A DNA stretch of 64,000 nucleotides. Source: Hyphomicrobiales bacterium. GTDB lineage: Bacteria > Pseudomonadota > Alphaproteobacteria > Rhizobiales > Xanthobacteraceae. The notes under the pieces are model-generated. The model did no database searches. It had not been told where the DNA came from and was given only the letters and a program-made list of their open reading frames with translations. The stretch is from the NCBI GenBank assembly GCA_021732625.1, contig JAKFUP010000025.1, positions 335 to 64,334 of the forward strand. Reading direction: 5' to 3'. A program made the position numbers and the translations under genes. Positions 18,452 through 26,721 of the stretch are shown here, piece by piece (position 1 is the first letter of the stretch; each line of letters begins with the position of its first letter).

Positions 18452-20034
18452 TCCTCGGTCAGGCCCGCCTTACGCATGCCCTCCAAGAACCGTTCCATCA
18501 GTTCGGGTGTCTGATAGGGAACGCTGGCTCGGATCCAATCGATCGATAGTTGCGGATGCTCGAGTCGCAGGGTGGCTAGAAATTGCCGGGCTTCCTCGAT
18601 ACGCCCGGTCTGGGCGAGGCTCGCACAGCGCAGGCGTTGCGCGCCCAGAAATCCTGGACGCAACCGCAGCAGTTCCTCCACGTACCGGAGAGCCTGCGCA
18701 TATCGGCCGGCGAGATAGTGAGCGACCGCGATACCACCCAGCATCATCGCCATCTCGGGGTCCAATGGGCTCAACCTGATGGCGTCTTCGCCGTGCGCGA
18801 TCGCCTCGCGATCCTGACCGGCAAAGGCCAGACCATGACTGAGATAGCAATGCGCCGCCGCCGAGCTCGGATTGAGGTTGACCGCGCGCCGGAATGCCGC
18901 GATGGATTCTTCGGTGCGCCGTTCCATCATGGACGAATAGCCGAACGCGATTTGTCCCCATGGATCGCAATCGTCGAGCGCGACCGCTCGAACGATGTGC
19001 TGGCGGCCGGCGCGCAAGCCCTGATCCCGATCGATCCAGCCGTTGTGCGCGGCAAACACCAGGCGAAATCCGAGCAGACTTCGCGCCGGGGCGTAACCCG
19101 GATAGGCCTCCACGGCGCGCTTGAGAGCGTCGATCGCCGCTTCATTGTCTGATCGCGTCAGGCGCCAGACATGCGTCTGCGCGCGCGCCACCAGCTCCCA
19201 GGCCCCGAGATCGCTGGACGAGCGCGAAAACGCGCGGACGCTCTCGGCTGCCAGCAGGCGCGGCTCGATCGAGGCGACGACGCTACGAGTGATTTCATCC
19301 TGCACCGCGAATATGTCACCGAGTTCGCGGCCGTATTGCTCAGCCCAGTGATGACCACCGGTCACAGCATCAATGAGCTGTGCGCTGACACGCAGCCGCT
19401 GGCCGGCCCGGCGCACGCTGCCTTCGAGCACATAGCGGACGCCAAGCTCGCGCGCGACCTGCCGCACGTCGACGGCGCGATTCTTGTAGACGAAGGTCGA
19501 GTTGCGGGCGATGACGAACAGCCAGCGGATCCGCGACAGTCCGGTGATCAGGTCTTCGGACATGCCGTCGGCGAAGTATTCCTGATCGGGATTGTCGCTC
19601 ATATTGAGGAACGGCAGCACCGCGATGGAGGGACGGTCGGGCAGCTGCAGCGCGCGGTTGTCGCCCGCTTGGCCGGCCAGCATGGGGGTTGCATCGGGAT
19701 CGCCGCTGTCGATGGCAACTATCGGGGAAGCGAAGAGATAGCCGCGCTTGGAGACGGTCTCGATGGTCGTCTGGGTGTCGTCGTGCAGGGCTTGCCGAAT
19801 TTCCTTGATGCACTGGACCAGCGAATTCTCGGTGACGTTGACGTTCTGCCAGACATTGTCGATCAGCTCTGCCTTCGCAACGAGCCGGCCCGCGTTCTGC
19901 GCGAGGAAAACCAGCACGTCGAAGGATTTTGGCCGCAACGGCACAACGATGCCATCGAGGCGCAGACAGGCCGATCGGCGATCGACGAGGAATCGCCCAA
20001 AACGATAGCTCTTGAGTTCCACGAGGTTTGACAA
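18448..20034 (-). CDS. Winged-helix (OmpR/CadC-type) DNA-binding protein with TPR-containing C-terminal region
   Basis: N-terminal trans_reg_C-like region (YRFGRFLVDRRSACLRLDG..VPLRPKSFDVLVFLAQNAGRLVAKAEL...VQCIKEIRQAL) and TPR-like helices in the C-terminal 250 aa. Confidence 0.75.
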   Translation of the reverse strand: MSNLVELKSYRFGRFLVDRRSACLRLDGIVVPLRPKSFDVLVFLAQNAGRLVAKAELIDNVWQNVNVTENSLVQCIKEIRQALHDDTQTTIETVSKRGYLFASPIVAIDSGDPDATPMLAGQAGDNRALQLPDRPSIAVLPFLNMSDNPDQEYFADGMSEDLITGLSRIRWLFVIARNSTFVYKNRAVDVRQVARELGVRYVLEGSVRRAGQRLRVSAQLIDAVTGGHHWAEQYGRELGDIFAVQDEITRSVVASIEPRLLAAESVRAFSRSSSDLGAWELVARAQTHVWRLTRSDNEAAIDALKRAVEAYPGYAPARSLLGFRLVFAAHNGWIDRDQGLRAGRQHIVRAVALDDCDPWGQIAFGYSSMMERRTEESIAAFRRAVNLNPSSAAAHCYLSHGLAFAGQDREAIAHGEDAIRLSPLDPEMAMMLGGIAVAHYLAGRYAQALRYVEELLRLRPGFLGAQRLRCASLAQTGRIEEARQFLATLRLEHPQLSIDWIRASVPYQTPELMERFLEGMRKAGLTED

Positions 20035-20179
20035 GGAAGTTGGCCTATTCTGATCAGTCCGCAGATACCCTAGAGCATTTCATCACAATTTCACTGGTTC
20101 TTCACGACGCCGCGCCGCGGGTATGTGAGCCTGTGCGCCAGCCTCGGACCTGTCGCGCACATGCATGGAGGAACTCGCC

Positions 20180-21433
20180 ATGAAATCGGCATCACGAATT
20201 CGCTTGGCAACGCTCGCGGGGGCCTTTGTCGCGGCGTTGTCAACCACATCTGCCCGCGGCGATGTTGTCATGGACTGGAACGCCAAGGCGGACGCCATCG
20301 CGATTGAAAAGCAGATTCCGAACGCCTCCAACGCGCGCGGGCAGGCAATGCTCCATATCGCGATGTTCGAGGCGGTCAACGCCATCCACAAACGATACGC
20401 GCCCTACAAGCTTAACCTCGGCGCGGACGGCAGCCTTTCAAGCGAAGCCGCGGCAGCTTCCGCCGCGCATGACGTGCTCATAGCGCTTTATCCCGACCAA
20501 AAGCCCGGCCTCGATGCAATGCTTGTGGCGTCGCTTGCCGGGATCGCCGAGACCGAGGCGAAGTCAAAGGGGATCGAACTCGGCAAGCAAGCCGCGGCCG
20601 GAATCATCGCGCTGCGTGCCAATGACGGCAGCGGCATGCCCGAAAGCTATCGTCCCTATGCTTCGCCGGGCGTCTATGTCCCGACCCCGACCCCGATCGA
20701 ATCCACCAGCTCGAAGATCACGCCCTTCGCGATGAGCACCGGTTCGCAGTTCCGGCCCGCTCCGCCTCCGGTGCTCACCTCCGAAACTTGGACGAAGGAT
20801 CTGAACGAGATTCGCGAAATCGGAGGCAGCGCCAGCGGCAAGCGCACGGCCGAGCAGACGACGATGGGCCGCTTCTGGTTCTTCACCGGGCCGCAGACCT
20901 ATAACCCCATCGTGCGGCAGGTCGCACTAATCAAAAAAATGGATCTCGTCGACTGCGCCCGATTGTATGCGCTGACTTCCATCGCAGGCATCGACGCTTT
21001 CATCGCCATCTTCGATGCGAAATATACCTACAATCTCTGGCGTCCGGTGACGGCGATCCGTAATGCCGATCTCACGTCTAACCCGGCGACGCCACGGGAA
21101 GCGTCGTGGTCGCCGCTGGGTTCGACGCCGATGCATCCGGAATACCCCTGCGCGCACTGCATCGTCGCAGCCGCGGTTTCGACCGTGCTCTCGAAGGTCG
21201 CCGGCAACGAGCCAGGCGAGGTCACGCTTGCGAGCCCGACCGCTCCTGGCGTCACCCGCAAATGGGCGCGTCTGCAGGACTACAGCAACGAGGTTTCGAA
21301 CGCCCGTATATACGCAGGTTTCCACTATCGCTTCTCGACCGACGTCGCAAAGGACATGGGAAAGAAAATCGGTGAACTGACCGTGGCGACGCGATTGCAG
21401 GGCGCCGTTGCCGCGGTACAGCCGAAACCCTGA
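20180..21433 (+). CDS. Secreted PAP2-superfamily protein, vanadium haloperoxidase / acid phosphatase-like
   Basis: Signal peptide and C-terminal motifs HPEYPCAHC and IYAGFHYRFS, typical of the PAP2/haloperoxidase fold. GGAGGA lies 7 nt upstream of the ATG at 20180. Confidence 0.65.
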   Translation: MKSASRIRLATLAGAFVAALSTTSARGDVVMDWNAKADAIAIEKQIPNASNARGQAMLHIAMFEAVNAIHKRYAPYKLNLGADGSLSSEAAAASAAHDVLIALYPDQKPGLDAMLVASLAGIAETEAKSKGIELGKQAAAGIIALRANDGSGMPESYRPYASPGVYVPTPTPIESTSSKITPFAMSTGSQFRPAPPPVLTSETWTKDLNEIREIGGSASGKRTAEQTTMGRFWFFTGPQTYNPIVRQVALIKKMDLVDCARLYALTSIAGIDAFIAIFDAKYTYNLWRPVTAIRNADLTSNPATPREASWSPLGSTPMHPEYPCAHCIVAAAVSTVLSKVAGNEPGEVTLASPTAPGVTRKWARLQDYSNEVSNARIYAGFHYRFSTDVAKDMGKKIGELTVATRLQGAVAAVQPKP

Positions 21434-21470
21434 TCCCAAAATCACACTCGATCGAGGCCGCTAGCTCAGG

Positions 21471-23798
21471 CTAAAACTTTACATTTGCGAACGCGCGCAC
21501 GCCGATGCCCGGCAGCAGCACCTCGTCCTTTGTAAATGAGACATGATTGCGGATGTCGTCGTTGAGCAGATTGTCACCGATGACGCCGACCGTGAATTCG
21601 CTGATACCGAAACCGGACGGCTTGAGCTTCTGCGTGAAGCTGATCTCCGCTTTCAGGCGATTGTAACCGGGCGTCGCCGTCTCGATGCCGCCGATGTTGT
21701 TTTGCGCGAACGCATGCAACAGGCTGACGCGCGCGAGCCATCCTGAATCGCGATAATAGACGCCGCCGCCGAGCCGCTGCGGCGGTATGCGCGGCACGTT
21801 GGCGCCGTCGGTGAAAGTCGCGCGCACGATGTCGTATTGTCCTTCGACGCCGAACACGCCGGCCCAGACTGGCAGCACATCGTACTGAAACTGGAATTCG
21901 CCGCCGCGGAAGATCGCGTTGCGCTGTGAGTACACCGCCTGATTCAATTCACCGGCTGGATTGCCGCAAGAAGCGAACGTCTCGTCGCAGTTCACGCCGG
22001 TGAGGTTACGGAAGATGAAGCCGTTGAAGCGCGTGTAATATCCTGTCAGTTCGAACCGGAGCGGTCCTTTGGCGCGGCGCAGGCCCGCCTCGATCGATTG
22101 CGCACTTTCGATCTTCAGGTTCGGATTGCCGATGTCGAATGTCGAAGTGGCATCATGCGGGCCGCGCGAAAACAATTCGGCCGGCTTCGGTGCGCGTTCG
22201 ACATATTGCCCGGTGAGGCTCGCCACCAGATCCCAGCCGAGGTCCTGGATCAATCCGGCACTGGCGCTCTTCGGCGTGAAGCTGAGATTGCGCGCCACAT
22301 TCGGCCGGTCAATGCCGTCCGGCAGGAAGTCCGCCGGGAAATCCGGCGTGCTGCCGTGCAGGCTGACAGTCTCGATGCGCCCCGCGATCTGCGCCTTGGT
22401 GCTGTCGCTGAATTTGAACTCGTTGAAGATATAACCAGCGACGCGGGAATTGCGATTGCGGTCGAACAGGCCATTGAATTGCTCGCCGGGTGTATCGCCA
22501 GGCGCATTGAGCTCTTGATGTCCGGCCTGCACGCCGATGGCCGTGGTGAGTGCTGCGAATCGCACGTTAAGCGGCGCAAACTGCACTTCGACGCGGCCCT
22601 CCTGTTCGCGATTGGTGAAAGTCTGCCGCACGCCGTCGGTGGAAAAATCCAGCGGGTCGGCGCGCCCGAGCTCGTTGTGCTTGTAGTCGGTCGCGCCGGC
22701 CCAGAAGCGGACGGCTTCGACGGCCGCCGCATCGGGGCGGTATTCGCCCTTGGTGGTCAGTTTGGTTTGTTTCGCGTCGATGCGCGTGCCGGATGTTTCG
22801 CCTTCGCTGCCGGGAATGCGATAGAGGCTGTTGGTCTGCGACACCGCCGCGCCAATGAAGCCGCCGGTGAACAGGTAAGAGCCGCCGACCGAGCCGCCCT
22901 CCGATTGCGTCGCCGAGTTCAGCTGCTTGCCGGTGAACGGCCGCGCAGGATCGAACACGTATGGGTTCTTTGGAATGCGGTAGTCGTCGGTCTTGCGCGC
23001 ATAGCCATCGGCATGGAGCGCGAAGTTGCTGGTGCCGGCATCGAGCAACACGCCGCCGTCGCGGCCGTTGTTGACCGTATCGATGGAGCCTCGCGATTCA
23101 AACGTCACGCATGGCAATGGTGTGTTGCTCGCCGCGAACTGGCCGAAGGTCCGGAATGGCGCGGTTACTGCACACGGCGATACTTCCGGAATCCGGTTGT
23201 TTGTGGCGCTGACCACGCCGCCGATCGATTGCGAGCCGTAGCGCAGCGTTGCGGGGCCGCGCACCACTTCGACCTGACTGGTCGCGAGCGGATCGATCGG
23301 CACGAAATGATCTTCGCCCAGGTCCGACGCGCCGCCGCTGCCGATGCCGTTCTCGGCAATGCCGACGCGGTTGCTGTCGAGGCCGCGAATGATCGGCCGG
23401 CTCGATGCGCCCGGCGCAAACGACGATCCGGTGATGCCGGGCTTGTTGTTCAACAGATCGCCGAGCGTGCTTGCAGCGCTGCGGCGGATTTCGTCGCTGG
23501 TCACCACCGTCACGGTCGCGAACTGATCGGTGACGATCGGCAATGTGCCGGGCTGCGTCTCAGCGACGGGAGCAGGCGGCAATGTTTGCGGGATCACGAC
23601 CGCAGGCGCACGGGCAGATCGGCGGACCGGTGGAGCGATCGGTTTGGGCTTGATCGGCCTGCGGCGGGCGATCGGGCTCGGCGCATCGACAGTAACCTCG
23701 GGCAGCGCCTGTTGCGCGCGCGCAACGTGAGCCGCGTCGGCTATGATGCCGAGCGCAACGCCACAGAGCAGCGCTGCCTGAATCCTTGAGCGAAACAT
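21471..23798 (-). CDS. TonB-dependent outer-membrane receptor
   Basis: 775 aa with a signal peptide, a plug region (VTVVTSDEIRRS, GSSRPIIRGLDSNRV), and a C-terminus ending in a terminal F (AFANVKF). Confidence 0.9.
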   Translation of the reverse strand: MFRSRIQAALLCGVALGIIADAAHVARAQQALPEVTVDAPSPIARRRPIKPKPIAPPVRRSARAPAVVIPQTLPPAPVAETQPGTLPIVTDQFATVTVVTSDEIRRSAASTLGDLLNNKPGITGSSFAPGASSRPIIRGLDSNRVGIAENGIGSGGASDLGEDHFVPIDPLATSQVEVVRGPATLRYGSQSIGGVVSATNNRIPEVSPCAVTAPFRTFGQFAASNTPLPCVTFESRGSIDTVNNGRDGGVLLDAGTSNFALHADGYARKTDDYRIPKNPYVFDPARPFTGKQLNSATQSEGGSVGGSYLFTGGFIGAAVSQTNSLYRIPGSEGETSGTRIDAKQTKLTTKGEYRPDAAAVEAVRFWAGATDYKHNELGRADPLDFSTDGVRQTFTNREQEGRVEVQFAPLNVRFAALTTAIGVQAGHQELNAPGDTPGEQFNGLFDRNRNSRVAGYIFNEFKFSDSTKAQIAGRIETVSLHGSTPDFPADFLPDGIDRPNVARNLSFTPKSASAGLIQDLGWDLVASLTGQYVERAPKPAELFSRGPHDATSTFDIGNPNLKIESAQSIEAGLRRAKGPLRFELTGYYTRFNGFIFRNLTGVNCDETFASCGNPAGELNQAVYSQRNAIFRGGEFQFQYDVLPVWAGVFGVEGQYDIVRATFTDGANVPRIPPQRLGGGVYYRDSGWLARVSLLHAFAQNNIGGIETATPGYNRLKAEISFTQKLKPSGFGISEFTVGVIGDNLLNDDIRNHVSFTKDEVLLPGIGVRAFANVKF

Positions 23799-23888
23799 AT
23801 CTTTTCATCCTGATATCGATTGAACCGGCAATGGCGTGCGCCATTGTCCCGCGAACGGCATGAGCCGCCCGCGCGCGATCGGTTGTCG

Positions 23889-24251
23889 TCAGGATTGCGG
23901 AGGAGCGCGGGACTGGAACGGCCTGCGGCGGGGATCGTCTGTGGTTTGCGCGGTGGCGATGACCGGCAAGTCCGCTGCGACATCCGTCAGAATCGGAAGA
24001 GCCGGAGCGGATGGCGGGGCGAAGGCCTGCGCCAGCGATGCGGCTGTGCAGACGGTGCAGCTGTCAGGCTGCTTGCCGTTATGATCGTGGTCGTGATCAT
24101 CCCCGGAGTGATCGTGCGCCGCGCTCGAAACGGCGGCGCGCGTCCCGGCCCATTCGGCATGAAAGTGACCGAAGGTGCTGACAAGTTGAATGGCGAGCGC
24201 GAGCAGCGCCACCAGTCCCGTCAATCTTGCGTTTGCACGCGGCCAAGCCAT
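23889..24251 (-). CDS. DUF2946-like small exported protein with His/Asp-rich segment and CxxC
   Basis: 120 aa with an N-terminal hydrophobic helix, HDHSGDDHDHDHNGK, and CTVC. It is directly upstream of, and co-oriented with, the TonB-dependent receptor. Confidence 0.6.
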   Translation of the reverse strand: MAWPRANARLTGLVALLALAIQLVSTFGHFHAEWAGTRAAVSSAAHDHSGDDHDHDHNGKQPDSCTVCTAASLAQAFAPPSAPALPILTDVAADLPVIATAQTTDDPRRRPFQSRAPPQS

Positions 24252-24291
24252 CGGTTGCCCCGAAACCAGCCCCGGCCAATGGCCGAGCGTC

Positions 24292-24313
24292 AGATGTTAT
24301 AATATAACATTTC
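24292..24313. promoter_or_regulatory. Zur-box-like palindrome overlapping a TATAAT hexamer
   Basis: AGATGTTATAATATAACATTTC contains a perfect 8-1-8 palindrome, ATGTTATA-A-TATAACAT (24294-24310). It lies 43-59 nt upstream of the DUF2946 gene start at 24251. Confidence 0.6.
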
Positions 24314-24443
24314 CAGGGTGGCGAAAGTCAATGCTGCCCGACGCATGGTTTCCATACGCCGGGTCAATGCGGTGAGGCGACTTGTTCAGGCCAGCAGAGC
24401 CGATAGGCCATTGACCCAGTCGGCCATTGGATCAGTTCTGCTC

Positions 24444-24492
24444 GGGCATGATCTGGTCCGAAAACCGGCTTCCACTTTTCGGGATCATGCCC
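24444..24492. repeat. Palindromic repeat, family 5 (GGGCATGATC ... CCGAAAACCGG ... GATCATGCCC)
   Basis: Inverted repeat 24444-24453 / 24483-24492. Related copies lie at 36450-36488 and 60739-60810. Confidence 0.7.
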
Positions 24493-26556
24493 CTACCTGC
24501 CTTCGCGCAGCCAGGTCGCTGCGAACGCGCCGACCAGCAGCAGCAGGCCGATGAAGCCGGCAAACACCGGCAACACTCCGATGCCGCGCACCACGCTGGC
24601 TTCGCGCATCCGCACGCCAAGCCAGCTATCGCCCCGGAACACGCTGGACGCACGCACTGGCACGACACGCGGCAAATCGAGCGACGAGCCATTCATGATC
24701 CGGCGAGTATCACCGCCGGTCGCTTGTGTCAGCGGCAGCAAGGTTTCGGTTGTCGAGGTGACTTCCGAGAATTCCTTGGGATTGACCGGGCCGACATTGA
24801 TCAGGGCGTTCAGCGTGCCGTCGGTGGCCTGCCACAAGCCAAGCTCATCGGCAGGCAGCTTGCTGCGCCACATGCCGGGATCGCCGGCTGTGAGGTTCAA
24901 AACCTTCTTTACGCCGGACGGCGAGGTCATCGTGACCGGTGCCACCGTCTCCGCCATGGTCTGACGCACCACCCCAAGATCGCGGCCCTGAATCTCGAGG
25001 CGCAGCGCTTCCTCGTCGAGATCAGGCTGTTTCATGAGCCAGTGCGACATCCGGCGCAGCAGGTCGAGATGCGGCCCGCCGCCTTCATAGCCGCGCGCCC
25101 ACAGCCAGATGTGATCCGACAGCAGCAGCGCGACGCGGCCTTCGCCGGCGCGCGACAGCAGCAGCAGCGGTTTGCCGTCGGCGCCCGTCATCACCGGTGG
25201 CGTCGTTGCGTTGCGCGTCTCGACCGAACGGAAAAAACGGCTCCAGCGCGGCGGTTCGGCAGCTGAGCCATCGAGCCCTCGCGTCACCGGATGGCGCTTG
25301 CCGATGTCGCTCAGGCGGGCGGTAAACGGCTTTTCGATCACCGCTACAGGTTCTGCCGGCAGCACGGTATCGAGCGGCGTGCGCCAGATGCTGGTGGTCG
25401 ATGCATAGTCCGGCCCGGCGGACACCAGCACCGCGCCGCCACCGCGCACATAGCGTGCGATGTTGTCGAAGTACGAAATCGGCAGCACGCCTTGCCGAGC
25501 ATAGCGATCGAAAATGATCAGCTGAAACTCGTTGATCTTTTGCTGGAACAGTTCGCGGGTCGGAAACGCGATCAGCGAAAGCTCGTTGATCGGCGTGCCG
25601 TCCTGTTTTTCCGGTGGCCGCAGAATAGTGAAGTGTACCAGATCGACACTGGCGTCGGACTTCAGAAGATTGCGCCAGGTGCGTTCGCCGGAGTGCGGCT
25701 CGCCCGAGACGAGCAGCACGCGCAGCTTGTCGCGGACGCCGTCGATCGACACCACGGCGCGGTTGTTGACCAGCGTCAGTTCGTTTTCAAGCGGTGAGGC
25801 CTCGATCTCGACGATGTTCGCGCCGGCGTGGGGAATATCGATCTCGACGTTGATCGTCTGGCCGCTGAGCACGGTGCGCTCCGAGAGAGACTCGCCGTCG
25901 CGCCGGATCTTGACCTGCGCGCGTTGGCCGCCGACACCCTGATCGTCCAGCCGGTAAGTGATGGTCTGCTTCTGGCCGACGATGCCGAAGCGCGGCGCTG
26001 CGACGATCGCGATGCGGCGGTCAACTTCGTCCTTGCGTCCGGTCACCAGTGCATGAACCGGCGCGCTGAAGCCGATCGCGGCCGCATTGGCTGGAATGTC
26101 GTGTACGCGCCCGTCGGTGATCAGGAATGCACCGGCGACACGATCGGTCGGCACATCCGACAGCGCCGAGGTGATGGCGGAGAACAAGCGCGTGCCGTCG
26201 GTTTCGCCGTCGGCCATTCCGGCTTCGACGACGCGCACTTCGAGCCCTTTGACCTGCTTCAGTCGCTCGATGAGTTCAACGCGCGCTTTTTCAGCCTCGT
26301 TGGTGCGATCGCCGAAATTCTGGCTCGGGCTCTTATCGATCACCACGACGGCAACCGATGACAGCGGTTCGCGCTCCTCGCGGGTGAATGAGGGGTTGGC
26401 CAGCGCCAGCAGGATAAGCGCCAGCGCCGCGACGCGTACGGCTGCACCGCGCGCCCGTGCGAGCACGAGCAGCACCGCGATCAACACGATTGCAGCCAGT
26501 GCCACCCAGATCACCGGGAGCGGGACAAGCGGAGCGAACGCGATACCGTACTGCAT
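24493..26556 (-). CDS. Large membrane protein, fourth gene of the MoxR/DUF58 cassette
   Basis: 687 aa with N-terminal double TM (VPLPVIWVALAAIVLIAVLLVLA..AALALILLALA) and a C-terminal TM. This is the conserved context after the DUF4159-type gene. The function is unknown to me. Confidence 0.7.
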   Translation of the reverse strand: MQYGIAFAPLVPLPVIWVALAAIVLIAVLLVLARARGAAVRVAALALILLALANPSFTREEREPLSSVAVVVIDKSPSQNFGDRTNEAEKARVELIERLKQVKGLEVRVVEAGMADGETDGTRLFSAITSALSDVPTDRVAGAFLITDGRVHDIPANAAAIGFSAPVHALVTGRKDEVDRRIAIVAAPRFGIVGQKQTITYRLDDQGVGGQRAQVKIRRDGESLSERTVLSGQTINVEIDIPHAGANIVEIEASPLENELTLVNNRAVVSIDGVRDKLRVLLVSGEPHSGERTWRNLLKSDASVDLVHFTILRPPEKQDGTPINELSLIAFPTRELFQQKINEFQLIIFDRYARQGVLPISYFDNIARYVRGGGAVLVSAGPDYASTTSIWRTPLDTVLPAEPVAVIEKPFTARLSDIGKRHPVTRGLDGSAAEPPRWSRFFRSVETRNATTPPVMTGADGKPLLLLSRAGEGRVALLLSDHIWLWARGYEGGGPHLDLLRRMSHWLMKQPDLDEEALRLEIQGRDLGVVRQTMAETVAPVTMTSPSGVKKVLNLTAGDPGMWRSKLPADELGLWQATDGTLNALINVGPVNPKEFSEVTSTTETLLPLTQATGGDTRRIMNGSSLDLPRVVPVRASSVFRGDSWLGVRMREASVVRGIGVLPVFAGFIGLLLLVGAFAATWLREGR

Positions 26557-26559
26557 GGG

Positions 26560-26721
26560 CTAGTACCTGTTTCCGAAGTTCGTCAAACTTAACAGCACCC
26601 TCCGAACGAACTTCGGAAACGAAAGGTACTAGCAGTTTATAATTCTAGTACCGCTTCCGATCTGAAGTTCCTGAAAGCAATTGCAGCAGCCTGTGCAGGA
26701 ACTTCAGATCGGCGGTACTAG
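26560..26721. repeat. Two tandem about 70-nt palindromic elements, each bounded by CTAGTACC ... GGTACTAG
   Basis: Hairpin A has arms 26560-26582 / 26606-26631 (14+9 bp, 3-nt bulge). Hairpin B has arms 26645-26673 / 26696-26721 (17+9 bp, 3-nt bulge). Together they fill almost the whole 165-nt spacer between two operon genes. Confidence 0.85.
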
